Shown here one piece after another: positions 8,857 through 18,124 of a stretch of 32,000 bases of DNA. The stretch comes from an uncultured archaeon (GTDB lineage: Archaea; Iainarchaeota; Iainarchaeia; Iainarchaeales; 0-14-0-20-30-16). A program made the position numbers and the translations under genes. The first letter of the stretch is position 1, and every line of letters starts with the position of its first letter. The stretch spans positions 1 through 32,000 of the forward strand of contig CAZMGA010000003.1 in assembly GCA_964565725.1 (NCBI GenBank), in the 5' to 3' direction. The notes under the pieces were generated by a model. That model was not told the origin of the DNA. It saw only the letters and a program-made list of their open reading frames with translations, and made no database searches.

Positions 8857-9462
8857 ATGAATAAATATTTTTCATTATTAATAGGATTAATAATTTTAAG
8901 TTCATGTGTTTCAGCATTAGCGTGTGTTGGTTTAGGTGGTGGAGGCTATACTGTATTGGCTGCAAAAGAACAACCCTCTTTTATAACCTATACTGTTTTT
9001 AACAATGATTCTGAAAATACTTGTGATGCTGGGAAATATTTTTTAGAATTATCTATAGATAATGAAGATATCCAAAAAGTATTTGATTATAAAATTTCTG
9101 ATGAAGATTTTGTATTAAAAGATGGAGAATCAAAAAGAGTATTAATAACTATAATTCCTAAATTAAAATCAGGAGAATACACAGTTAGAGTTTCAGCATT
9201 AAGAAAAGGATTAATTAATGCAAAAGATGCTACAACTGTTATGCCTAAAACAGTTAGTTCTTTTAAATTAAATATTGTAGAAGATTCAAATTTAGTTTTT
9301 CAAGAATTACCTCAATGGTATTTATATAAAAAAGAACAACAAAAAAATTTAATAATTAAAATTATTTTGTATTCTGTAATAGGAATTATTATATTGGCTT
9401 TAATTATTTATTTAGCTTTACGTTTTAAATCAAAATTTTTTAATGGCTTTAAATATAAGTGA
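8857..9462 (+). CDS. Membrane-anchored secreted protein B with one beta-sandwich-like domain
   Basis: Signal peptide MNKYFSLLIGLIILSSCVSALA, extracellular region, C-terminal TM and basic tail RFKSKFFNGFKYK. Confidence 0.65.
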   Translation: MNKYFSLLIGLIILSSCVSALACVGLGGGGYTVLAAKEQPSFITYTVFNNDSENTCDAGKYFLELSIDNEDIQKVFDYKISDEDFVLKDGESKRVLITIIPKLKSGEYTVRVSALRKGLINAKDATTVMPKTVSSFKLNIVEDSNLVFQELPQWYLYKKEQQKNLIIKIILYSVIGIIILALIIYLALRFKSKFFNGFKYK

Positions 9463-9467
9463 TATTT

Positions 9468-10844
9468 CTGAATAAAAAAATTTTAGTTTTATTTTGTTTT
9501 TTTTGTTTATTATCTAATTTAGGGTTTTCCGAAAAAACAATTAATGTGGGTTTAATAATTTCTAATGAACCTCCTTCCAAACCAAATATTGTGAACATAA
9601 ACGATCTTTATGGCATTAATAATATTACTTTAAGTTGGTCTAGTTATGATTATGAAAACGACGATATTAAATATTTTTTACAAATGGGTTCTTTAAAAGA
9701 TTTAAATGATATTTTAGATATAAATTTAGACTCAAATTATTATAATTTAACTTTAAATATAGGTAAAGAATATTTTTATAAAATAAAAGCTTGCGACAAT
9801 TATTATGGAGATTATAACAATTGTAGTGTTTGGGCTTATGATTCATTTTATTTGTTAAGTATTATTATTAATCCTCCGTCAAGTAGAGGTGGAGGTAATA
9901 ATAAAATTATAACTAATGTATCTATTTTTGGTTGTAAAGATTTAAATGGTTTTGAATGCAATGCTAATGAAGTATGTTATGATAGCACAATAAATACTTA
10001 TGATTCGCAAAATTGTTGCTTTTCAAAATGTATTAATAAAGAATTAATTGGTAAATTATATGATTTAAATTATAATTTTCAAGATTTAAATTTAAATTCT
10101 AATTTGAATATAACTATTCCTATCTATTCCAATGAAAAAATAGATTTTATTAATAAAAGAATATTAACTGATTACGAGATAGAATATAAATTAATGTTAA
10201 AAAGGTATGGTATTTATGGTTTAAAAAATAATTATAAATATAGAAATTATGTATTTGTATCTATTACTAATATTTCTAATTTTAATTTTCAAGATGTAGA
10301 TTTAATAATAAATATACCTGAAGAATATTTATTAAATTCTGAAAATATTTCTAGTAATAATTTGTTTTCTTTTTTAGACAATAAAAATTTAAAATATATT
10401 TTAGGGGATGTAGATACAAAACAAACAAAAACAGTAAATTATTATTTTGATTCAGACCTAAATGATTCTTTTATTTATGATGTTTTTTTAAAAATGAAAC
10501 CTCCTATAGCATTAACAAAAATGGATAAAGAAGATTTATGTTTAGGTGTTAAATGTAATGATTTAAATCCTTGCACCACTGATTTTTGTATGGAGGGTTT
10601 ATGTTATTTTAGTAATTTGCCTTCTAATTATGAATGTGAAAATGGTTTTTGTAGTGAAGGTAAATGTATTCCTCAAATAGAAGAATCTAAACAATCAAGT
10701 CCAAAGTATTTAAAATACATTTTATGGGGTTTATTATTTATATTTATATTTGTAATTATTATACTATTATTTTTTAGATTATTTAAAAGAAAAAAGGAAG
10801 AACATAAATGGTATTTATTAAATAATATTAGAATTTTTAAGTGA
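9468..10844 (+). CDS. Membrane-anchored secreted protein C: fibronectin-III-like domain plus Cys-rich modules
   Basis: PPSKPNIVNINDLYGINNITLSWSSYDYENDDIKYFLQMG..YFYKIKACDN (FnIII-like), CKDLNGFECNANEVCYD..CC...C, CLGVKCNDLNPCTTDFCMEGLC...CENGFCSEGKCIP, and a C-terminal TM. No ATG near the start: CTG 9468, or GTG 9459 as tracked. Confidence 0.65.
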   Translation: MNKKILVLFCFFCLLSNLGFSEKTINVGLIISNEPPSKPNIVNINDLYGINNITLSWSSYDYENDDIKYFLQMGSLKDLNDILDINLDSNYYNLTLNIGKEYFYKIKACDNYYGDYNNCSVWAYDSFYLLSIIINPPSSRGGGNNKIITNVSIFGCKDLNGFECNANEVCYDSTINTYDSQNCCFSKCINKELIGKLYDLNYNFQDLNLNSNLNITIPIYSNEKIDFINKRILTDYEIEYKLMLKRYGIYGLKNNYKYRNYVFVSITNISNFNFQDVDLIINIPEEYLLNSENISSNNLFSFLDNKNLKYILGDVDTKQTKTVNYYFDSDLNDSFIYDVFLKMKPPIALTKMDKEDLCLGVKCNDLNPCTTDFCMEGLCYFSNLPSNYECENGFCSEGKCIPQIEESKQSSPKYLKYILWGLLFIFIFVIIILLFFRLFKRKKEEHKWYLLNNIRIFK

Positions 10845-10848
10845 TATT

Positions 10849-13482
10849 ATGAAGTATATTTGTCTATTATTTTTATTTTTATTTTTATTTTTATTTTTGG
10901 GTTTTGTTTATTCTGGAACAATTGTAAATACTACAAAAGAGGATTTTGATTTAGGTGAATATGACAATACAATTTCTACTTCTGATGGTAATGTTTTATT
11001 AGATTCGTCAAGTAATGTTTATTATAATACTGGAGAATATTTATCACAAATCTTTAATTTAAACGAATCATCTAATTTAGTAAATTTAATTTTTTCTACT
11101 CCTGTTTTTTATAAACAAGATTTACCTAATGATGGAGATGTAGTAAAAGACATAAACATGAATGGAAATGTTTTTTTAATGCATGTTGATGATGACGCAT
11201 TAATAAAAAATGAATCTGAATTATATGGTTTAGGCCTACGTGGTGATATAACATCAACAACAGGTAAATTTGGCGATGCTTTAATTTTTGATGGTAGCAA
11301 TGATATCGCTTTTACTGATTACCTTATTCCTACAAATGAATATACTTTTTCATTATGGGTAAAAACAACAACAAATAATAGAACAATATTTTCTTTTGCA
11401 AATGACACCCCTACTGGTAGTACATATGATAGAAGGTTAGGAATTGACGGTTCTAATAAGCTAGTATATTATATTTATCCAAATTCATCAGTATCTTTAA
11501 TAGGTGCTGCTACAACAATTACTAATAATAATTGGCATCATATTGTAATTATATCTAAATTAAATAGTTCCACATCAAAATATGATCTTAATGTTTATTT
11601 GGATGGTGTTTTAGATTCTAATAAAACAGAGGTAAATTTTGGTGGTTATAATTCTTATACAAATCCTAGACTAAATATAGGTTATCAAGCAACTTATTTT
11701 TTAGGAGCTATAGATGATTTTGCATATTATAATAGAGCATTAACTATTGATGAAATTTCTTATTTATATAATTCAGGAACAGGAAACGAATTTTTAACTG
11801 ATAATAGTTTAGTTGTTGGTTGGCATTTTAATGAAACTATTAACTCTATGACTTTACAAGATACATCTCCTACTCCAAAAACTTTTGTGTATCCTAGTGC
11901 TGCAAATAATTATACAGGAATATCTTATGAAGTTATAAATAATAGTTTATTTTCTCAAAATGTCACCAATTCTACTGATTATTTTATTAAAACATCACAA
12001 TTTTATCCTCCTGCCGGAGCTATGAGTATAAGCTTTTGGTTTAAAAGCATTTTAGATAGGAAAAGTTTTTTAGGTTGGGTAGGGGGTTCTCCAAATAATA
12101 GTGTTTTTATTGAAGGTGGCTACATAAAATGGTATTATTCCAATGCATCTACTTATTTTGCTACAACTAAAACAGTTAATGATGGGAAATGGCATCATGT
12201 AGTATTTACTAGAAATAGCAGTAATTCTAGAAAAGTTTATTTAGATGGTGTTTTAAATAACAGTTCTACAACTTCTTTTACTATTAATAATGATTTTACT
12301 ACTGCGGTAATATTATATTTATTTCATAGTGCGGTATATTATGGAGGGTCTGGTTCTTTAGATGAATTGGCTATTTGGGATAGAGAAATTAGTAGTGACG
12401 AAGCATTAAATATATATAAAAGAGGAATTAGTGATTTAAAAGTTCAAATTAGAGCTTGTGATGATTCTAGTTGTTCTTCTGATGAAGATTTTGAAGGTTC
12501 ATCCGGTGAAAATTCTTATTTTAATTTGAGTGATAATAATTATGATTTATCTAGTTTTACGAATTTACAATATTTACAATATAAAGTATTTTTTGAAACT
12601 TTAGATTTGGATGCATTAAAAAATATTTCTCCTCAATTTTTAGATGTAAATATTAATTATGTAAGTAATGTACCTCAAAATGAAAAACCAGAAATATTAG
12701 ATATGAATATATGTAAAGAAAATTGTAAAAAAACGCAAATGATAGTTCCTGGAATTGATTCTTTTGTTTTGCAAATTGAGATTAATGATCCTAATGGTAA
12801 TTCAGATATAAATTGGGAATCTGCGACATTACAAATTTATACTGCTAGTGATAATAATGAAGATTCAGATGATTGGGATCATATTACTTTGAACGAATTT
12901 ACATCTTCAGAAACAGAGGGCTGTGAAATAATTTCTGATATTAATTGTATTTTAATAAATGCTAATGATTTGTCTACAAAGTTTTTGAAAGGTGGTGCAG
13001 ATATTTATTTTAAAATTTCAGATTATTCTGGAGAATCTGTAACTTATGAATTAAATTATTTTAAAGATGAAAACAATTTGGATATAAATGGTTTAAATAT
13101 ACAAAATACAACTAGTATAAGCATAGATGTTAGTCAAGGTTATTTTTCAGGAGACCCTGGTGAAGAAAATATTCCTATAATTACAGATAAAGAAACAAAT
13201 TATATAGTAGTAGTTAACAATAGTAATAGTGATGTTAATTTATTTTTTTTAATTAATGATTTTATAGGTATAAGCGATTTTCCAATAACTGGTTTTGAAT
13301 GGAATAATTCAAATTTAGCTGTAGGCAATAATTTTGAAAATGAAAGAAACATATTAATTGAAAATTGGAATAGGGGTGCATATCCTGATTCTAATTCTCA
13401 AAATATTTATTTATGGTTAGATATGCCTCCAGTTTCTTCTGGGGAATACACTGGTAGTTTTTCTTTTGAAATTGAAAATTAG
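10849..13482 (+). CDS. Secreted protein D with two LamG/concanavalin-A-like domains and a C-terminal domain shared with protein A
   Basis: LamG-like patterns: ALIFDGSNDIAFTD...YTFSLWVKT...NNNWHHIVII...VYLDGVL...GAIDDFAYYNRALTIDEI and MSISFWFKS...DGKWHHVVFTR...KVYLDGVL...GSLDELAIWDREISSDEALNIY. Signal peptide present. Confidence 0.8.
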   Translation: MKYICLLFLFLFLFLFLGFVYSGTIVNTTKEDFDLGEYDNTISTSDGNVLLDSSSNVYYNTGEYLSQIFNLNESSNLVNLIFSTPVFYKQDLPNDGDVVKDINMNGNVFLMHVDDDALIKNESELYGLGLRGDITSTTGKFGDALIFDGSNDIAFTDYLIPTNEYTFSLWVKTTTNNRTIFSFANDTPTGSTYDRRLGIDGSNKLVYYIYPNSSVSLIGAATTITNNNWHHIVIISKLNSSTSKYDLNVYLDGVLDSNKTEVNFGGYNSYTNPRLNIGYQATYFLGAIDDFAYYNRALTIDEISYLYNSGTGNEFLTDNSLVVGWHFNETINSMTLQDTSPTPKTFVYPSAANNYTGISYEVINNSLFSQNVTNSTDYFIKTSQFYPPAGAMSISFWFKSILDRKSFLGWVGGSPNNSVFIEGGYIKWYYSNASTYFATTKTVNDGKWHHVVFTRNSSNSRKVYLDGVLNNSSTTSFTINNDFTTAVILYLFHSAVYYGGSGSLDELAIWDREISSDEALNIYKRGISDLKVQIRACDDSSCSSDEDFEGSSGENSYFNLSDNNYDLSSFTNLQYLQYKVFFETLDLDALKNISPQFLDVNINYVSNVPQNEKPEILDMNICKENCKKTQMIVPGIDSFVLQIEINDPNGNSDINWESATLQIYTASDNNEDSDDWDHITLNEFTSSETEGCEIISDINCILINANDLSTKFLKGGADIYFKISDYSGESVTYELNYFKDENNLDINGLNIQNTTSISIDVSQGYFSGDPGEENIPIITDKETNYIVVVNNSNSDVNLFFLINDFIGISDFPITGFEWNNSNLAVGNNFENERNILIENWNRGAYPDSNSQNIYLWLDMPPVSSGEYTGSFSFEIEN

Positions 13483-13492
13483 TTTATAAATT
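13483..13492 (+). promoter_or_regulatory. TATA-like element for herA (leaderless initiation likely)
   Basis: agtttataaa about 20-28 nt before ATG 13511; no SD before this start. Confidence 0.4.
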
Positions 13493-13510
13493 CTTTTACT
13501 TTATTTTAAT

Positions 13511-15010
13511 ATGAATTATATAGGAACTGTTTTAACATATCAAAATACCCCTTCTATTGAAAAAATATATTTTAAATTAGAAAAAGAAGAAGTGAGAGTG
13601 GGTCAATTTATAACAATTAAACATAAAGATTTGAAAATATTTGGAACTATTGTAGAAATATTTAGAGAAAATCCTTTTTTTGAACAAGTTACTTCTAATT
13701 ACGATGATTTATTATCTAAATTTCCTACAGATCAATGGCACAACACAATTATAGAAGTTAAATTGTTAGGTCAAATTTTAAATAATAAATGTGATAGAAT
13801 ACATAACCCTCCATTTTCGGGTTCAAAAGTTTATTTTGCAAAAGCAGAAGAAATAAAATTGTTCTTGGGATTAAATAATGATGGGCTTTATTTAGGTAAT
13901 ATTGAAGGGCAAGAAAATATAGATATTAAAATAAATATGTCTAAATTAATTCAAAAACATTTGGCAATATTGGCTATGTCTGGGGCTGGTAAATCTTATA
14001 CTGTTTCAGTATTGTTAGAGGAATTATTAGATATTCCTAAAAATAAAGGTCCTGTGGGTATTATTTTATTTGATATTCATGGAGAATATAAAAGTTTTGC
14101 AGAAGTTTCTGATAAAGATCATAAAAGTTATCATAACCTTACAAAGTATTTTGATGCCGCAAATATGAAATTTGGGGTGCATTCTTTAGATTCTTTGTTG
14201 TTTAAATTTATTGGTAATTTAAGTGAAGTACAACAAAGAGAATTAAATTTAGTAATTAAAGAGTTTAAAAGTGGAGACGATTTTAAAGTATTTGATTTTA
14301 AAGATTTGATAAAATTTATAGATGAAAAAGAAATTAAAAAAAATGTAAAAGATCCTTTATTGGACACACTTTGTCAAATTGAAGAAACAAAGTTATTTGC
14401 AAAAACAAGTACATTTAATATTTTAAATTTAGTAGAACCAGGAAAACTTACAATAGTTGATTTATCAAATGTTTTAAATATGAGTCATAAGCAAATGATT
14501 GTAGCTTATATTTCTAACAAATTATTTGATTTGAGAAGATTAAATAAAATAAGTCCTTTTTTAATTGTTTTAGAAGAGGCACATAATTTTATTCCTCAAA
14601 CAGGTTCTAGTGAATATATGAAAGCTAGGCCTATATTTGAAACAATAGCTAGAGAAGGTAGAAAATTTGGAGCTTCACTATGTTTGGTATCTCAAAGACC
14701 TGTTAATTTATATACTTCTGTTTTAAGTCAATGTAATACTCATTTGTTATTAAGAATAATTAATCCTAATGATTTAAAACACATTTTAGAATCTTCAGAA
14801 GGTTTAGATAATAATAATATAAAATTAATTACAGGTTTGAATGTAGGAGAGGCATTAATGGTGGGTTCTGCTGTAAAATACCCTGTTTTTTTTAAAGTGA
14901 GGCCTAAAAAATCAGCAGATAATAAATATGAAAAAGATTTAGAAACTATGTCTTTAGAATTTATTGAAAAACAAGAAAATAATGACAAAGATTTAGATTT
15001 GTACATGTGA
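13511..15010 (+). CDS. herA: HerA-like DNA-translocating ATPase
   Basis: N-terminal HAS-barrel-like region, Walker A AMSGAGKSYT, Walker B GIILFDIHGEY, FLIVLEEAHNFIP, and AREGRKFGASLCLVSQRP. Confidence 0.85.
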   Translation: MNYIGTVLTYQNTPSIEKIYFKLEKEEVRVGQFITIKHKDLKIFGTIVEIFRENPFFEQVTSNYDDLLSKFPTDQWHNTIIEVKLLGQILNNKCDRIHNPPFSGSKVYFAKAEEIKLFLGLNNDGLYLGNIEGQENIDIKINMSKLIQKHLAILAMSGAGKSYTVSVLLEELLDIPKNKGPVGIILFDIHGEYKSFAEVSDKDHKSYHNLTKYFDAANMKFGVHSLDSLLFKFIGNLSEVQQRELNLVIKEFKSGDDFKVFDFKDLIKFIDEKEIKKNVKDPLLDTLCQIEETKLFAKTSTFNILNLVEPGKLTIVDLSNVLNMSHKQMIVAYISNKLFDLRRLNKISPFLIVLEEAHNFIPQTGSSEYMKARPIFETIAREGRKFGASLCLVSQRPVNLYTSVLSQCNTHLLLRIINPNDLKHILESSEGLDNNNIKLITGLNVGEALMVGSAVKYPVFFKVRPKKSADNKYEKDLETMSLEFIEKQENNDKDLDLYM

Positions 15011-15014
15011 TGTT

Positions 15015-15539
15015 ATGAAAATATTAATTACAGGAATTCCAGGTGTTGGAAAGACAACAATTGCTAAAAATTTATCTAAACATTTGAAATTAAAATATTT
15101 TTGTGATAAACAATTTATAAATAAAAACAATTCTATTAAAAGTAAAGAATATGGTTTAGAAATAAAAACAGTTGATTTAGAAAATTTTTGTAAAGATTTT
15201 AATAAGTTTAAAAAAGGTAAAGATTTTATTATAGAAGGGTTATTATTGCCTTATTGTTTATCGGGGTTAAAAATTAATTTTGACTATATTTTTATTTTAA
15301 ATTTAAATAATAAGGAGTTAATTAAGAGATTAAAAAAAAGAAAATACCCTTTATTAAAAATTGAAGACAATCTATTTATTCAAGATAATGATTTAATATT
15401 AAAAGAAATTGCAAATCAAATAAAAGCATTAAATCCTAAGCAAAAGCCTATAATTATAAATATAGATTTAAAAGGTAATCTAAAAGAAGATAAAATTCCT
15501 ATTTATTGGTTTTTTGACGCTCTAAATCCTAAAAAATAG
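15015..15539 (+). CDS. Adenylate-kinase-like NTPase (Fap7/AK6-like)
   Basis: P-loop GIPGVGKTTIAKNLSKHLKLKYF, IIEGLLLPYCL, LNLNNKELIKRLKKRKY; TGA-SD-ATG coupled to herA. Confidence 0.75.
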   Translation: MKILITGIPGVGKTTIAKNLSKHLKLKYFCDKQFINKNNSIKSKEYGLEIKTVDLENFCKDFNKFKKGKDFIIEGLLLPYCLSGLKINFDYIFILNLNNKELIKRLKKRKYPLLKIEDNLFIQDNDLILKEIANQIKALNPKQKPIIINIDLKGNLKEDKIPIYWFFDALNPKK

Positions 15540-15601
15540 CAAAGAATATATATATTTAATTATGATATTTATTATAATAGAAATGCTTTAGAGTGATATT
15601 T

Positions 15602-16771
15602 GTGCGTAGATTTATATTTTTATTATTATCTTTATTTGTTTTTTCAGGTATTTCCGCATTAGAATTCCCTGGTTTGATTTACAATTTTGATGAATTAGGC
15701 GTACCTTTAGAATTTAATCAGGGTCTTTGTTATAACTTTGTAGATTTAAATTATGATGCTATAAATGATTATGAGGGTATTTTAGGTTTAATTTTACATT
15801 TTAAAACAATATCAAAAGATAGTGCTATTTATTTTAAAGATGGAAATGAAATAATAACTTACAACAATATTTTTGGGTCTAATATTAGTACAAAATATTT
15901 TGTAGAGGATTCTCAAGAAAAATATTTATATGTAGATTTGGAATCAGTTAGGGATTTAGAATATTTGACAATGTGTAGTGTATCTCAAAATAAAATTTAC
16001 TTTTTAGGAGATTCACAAATAGGTAGTTATAAAATACCTTATTTTGGATCTAACTTTAAAAAAGAATTTGTGAATAAATCTTATAAATTAAATGAAAAAA
16101 CACCTGTTAAAATTACTCTGAAAAATACAGGTTATGATACTGCCAAAGTTTTTGTTTTTTATGATAATGAATTATTTAAGGATTGGTTTAAATTAAAAAA
16201 TGGAACTCCTTCTTTAAATGAAAATATTTTGCCAAATGTAGAGAGATCTATAACATATAATGTAGTACCATTAACTGATAAAATGTTTACTGTATCTCCT
16301 GCTGTTTTACATTATAATTATAATGGTTATAATTTTGAAATTTATTCTAATTCATTAATTTCAAATGCTCGTTTATATTTAGATGAAATATTTGTAGATT
16401 TATCAGTAAGCAAAGAAAGTTTTGATATTAATGAAGCAGGTTTAATAGATTTAGATATTATTAATGATAGTAATAATTCTAAAATGGTAAGAATGGAAAT
16501 TAAAGGATTATCTAATTTTGGGTTAAATGAATATCAAGATTTAAATTTAGGTCCTTTCGAAGAAAAGAGAATTCAATATACTATTACTAGTAATGAAAGC
16601 AAAATTGTTAATTTAGATGTTTATTTACATGCTAATGATTCAAATAAAGAATATGCTTATAAAACAATTTATTTTGGAAAAAATATTCAAAACTATAATA
16701 TAATTTATGTTATTTTTGCAATAGTATTAATTTTAGGAATTATAGTTTATTATAGATATGGATTAAAATAA
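15602..16771 (+). CDS. Secreted, C-terminally membrane-anchored protein with Ig-like/COG1361-type domains
   Basis: Signal peptide RRFIFLLLSLFVFSGISA, repeated beta-rich segments, and C-terminal TM YNIIYVIFAIVLILGIIVYYRYGLK. GTG start at 15602 preceded by GTGAT; the track starts at 15593. Confidence 0.6.
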   Translation: MRRFIFLLLSLFVFSGISALEFPGLIYNFDELGVPLEFNQGLCYNFVDLNYDAINDYEGILGLILHFKTISKDSAIYFKDGNEIITYNNIFGSNISTKYFVEDSQEKYLYVDLESVRDLEYLTMCSVSQNKIYFLGDSQIGSYKIPYFGSNFKKEFVNKSYKLNEKTPVKITLKNTGYDTAKVFVFYDNELFKDWFKLKNGTPSLNENILPNVERSITYNVVPLTDKMFTVSPAVLHYNYNGYNFEIYSNSLISNARLYLDEIFVDLSVSKESFDINEAGLIDLDIINDSNNSKMVRMEIKGLSNFGLNEYQDLNLGPFEEKRIQYTITSNESKIVNLDVYLHANDSNKEYAYKTIYFGKNIQNYNIIYVIFAIVLILGIIVYYRYGLK

Positions 16772-16775
16772 AAAA

Positions 16776-17444
16776 TTAAATTTTTTCACAAATTATTGCC
16801 TGTAATTTTTCATAATATTTACAATTTTTAAATCCAACTTGTTTTAATCGTTTTATAATTTCTAAATCAAATCTTCTATTTTTATTTTTGCCAATTGTGC
16901 CTATATAATGAAATAATTTGCCATTATTATTTAAAGTTCTATAAAATTCTTTATATAAATTTAAAGAATATAATTCTCCAGCTATACTAAATGTTGGGGG
17001 ATCATGCATTATTATATTTATTTCTTTATCTTTAAATTTTAATATTTGATTTAAACAACTATCTTTTATTATATTAATTTTTTTATTATTAAAAAAATCA
17101 TTACTATAAGGATTTAATTTACCCAATTCTAATATTTCCTTTCTTAATTCTGTAGAAATTACTTTTTTTGCAAATTTGGCTTCCTCTATTGCCAAATATC
17201 CTAAACCTGAACAAGTGTCATAAACTAAGTCTTGACTATTTATTTTAATTGTATTTAAAACTAATTTAGCATAATCTAAAGGAGTATCAAAGTCTTTTAT
17301 TAAGTGCATTCTTATACCATTTATTTCTAATATGGGTATTCCATTGTAAGGTTTTAATGTATAATAATTATCTGTAAACATTCCTAGTTTTTCTAATTTG
17401 TCTTTTTTTTTAATATAATATTTATTATCTTTTTCAATAAGCAT
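16776..17444 (-). CDS. SAM-dependent methyltransferase (COG2521-like)
   Basis: Motif I LVYDTCSGLGYLAIEEAK, motif IV IIMHDPPTFSIAGELYS. Confidence 0.7.
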   Translation of the reverse strand: MLIEKDNKYYIKKKDKLEKLGMFTDNYYTLKPYNGIPILEINGIRMHLIKDFDTPLDYAKLVLNTIKINSQDLVYDTCSGLGYLAIEEAKFAKKVISTELRKEILELGKLNPYSNDFFNNKKINIIKDSCLNQILKFKDKEINIIMHDPPTFSIAGELYSLNLYKEFYRTLNNNGKLFHYIGTIGKNKNRRFDLEIIKRLKQVGFKNCKYYEKLQAIICEKI

Positions 17445-17491
17445 AAATATAAATAGAACTATTGTTTATTTAATATTATTTGAGTGAGATT

Positions 17492-18124
17492 ATGGTCAAT
17501 AAGTTAATTGTTTGGGATGAATTAAAGTCTGAAAAATATTTGGAAAAACACTTAAATGTGGTAAAATCTTATGTTTATTCTGTGGATGAATTTAATAAAT
17601 TAAATAAACTAAATCTTAACTATCCTTTATTTATAAAAATTATTTCGGATAATGCAATACACAAAGTAAAAGCAAAAGCTATAAATGAAATATTAAACGA
17701 ACAAAAATTTTTAAAGGAAAAAATAAATATTGTAAAAAGAGCAAAAGAGTTAAATGCAAAAAAAATAATTATTCAAGAAAAAATATACGGTAATGAATTA
17801 ATTATTGGTGTAAAAGAAGATTTAAAATTTGGTAAAATTTTGATGATAGGTATAGGTGGAAAACATGCAGAACAAATAAAAGATGTATCTATAAGAGCAT
17901 TACCTATTAAAAAACAAGATTTAACATTAATGATTTCTAATTTAAAAAGTAAAGTAATAACTTTAGATATAGATATTGATAACTTATGGTTATTTATATC
18001 AAAATTATTAAAATTTTTGAAAACAAAAGAAGGTAAAAATATAAAATTTATGGATTTAAATCCAGTTATTTTAGATTATAATTCTAAAAAGCCAATAATT
18101 GTTGATGCTAGAATATATGTCTAA
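17492..18124 (+). CDS. Stand-alone ATP-grasp protein resembling the beta subunit of ADP-forming acyl/acetyl-CoA synthetase
   Basis: YPLFIKIISDNAIHK, IIIQEKIYGNELIIGVKEDLKFGKILMIGIGG, KFMDLNPVILDYNSKKPIIVDARI. The track starts at TTG 17480; ATG 17492 has GTGA upstream. Confidence 0.65.
   Translation: MVNKLIVWDELKSEKYLEKHLNVVKSYVYSVDEFNKLNKLNLNYPLFIKIISDNAIHKVKAKAINEILNEQKFLKEKINIVKRAKELNAKKIIIQEKIYGNELIIGVKEDLKFGKILMIGIGGKHAEQIKDVSIRALPIKKQDLTLMISNLKSKVITLDIDIDNLWLFISKLLKFLKTKEGKNIKFMDLNPVILDYNSKKPIIVDARIYV

Noticed and set aside
14740-15006. Minus-strand ORFs within herA (including 14131-14367).
   Set aside because: Antisense to conserved HerA motifs; no independent start signal or family features.
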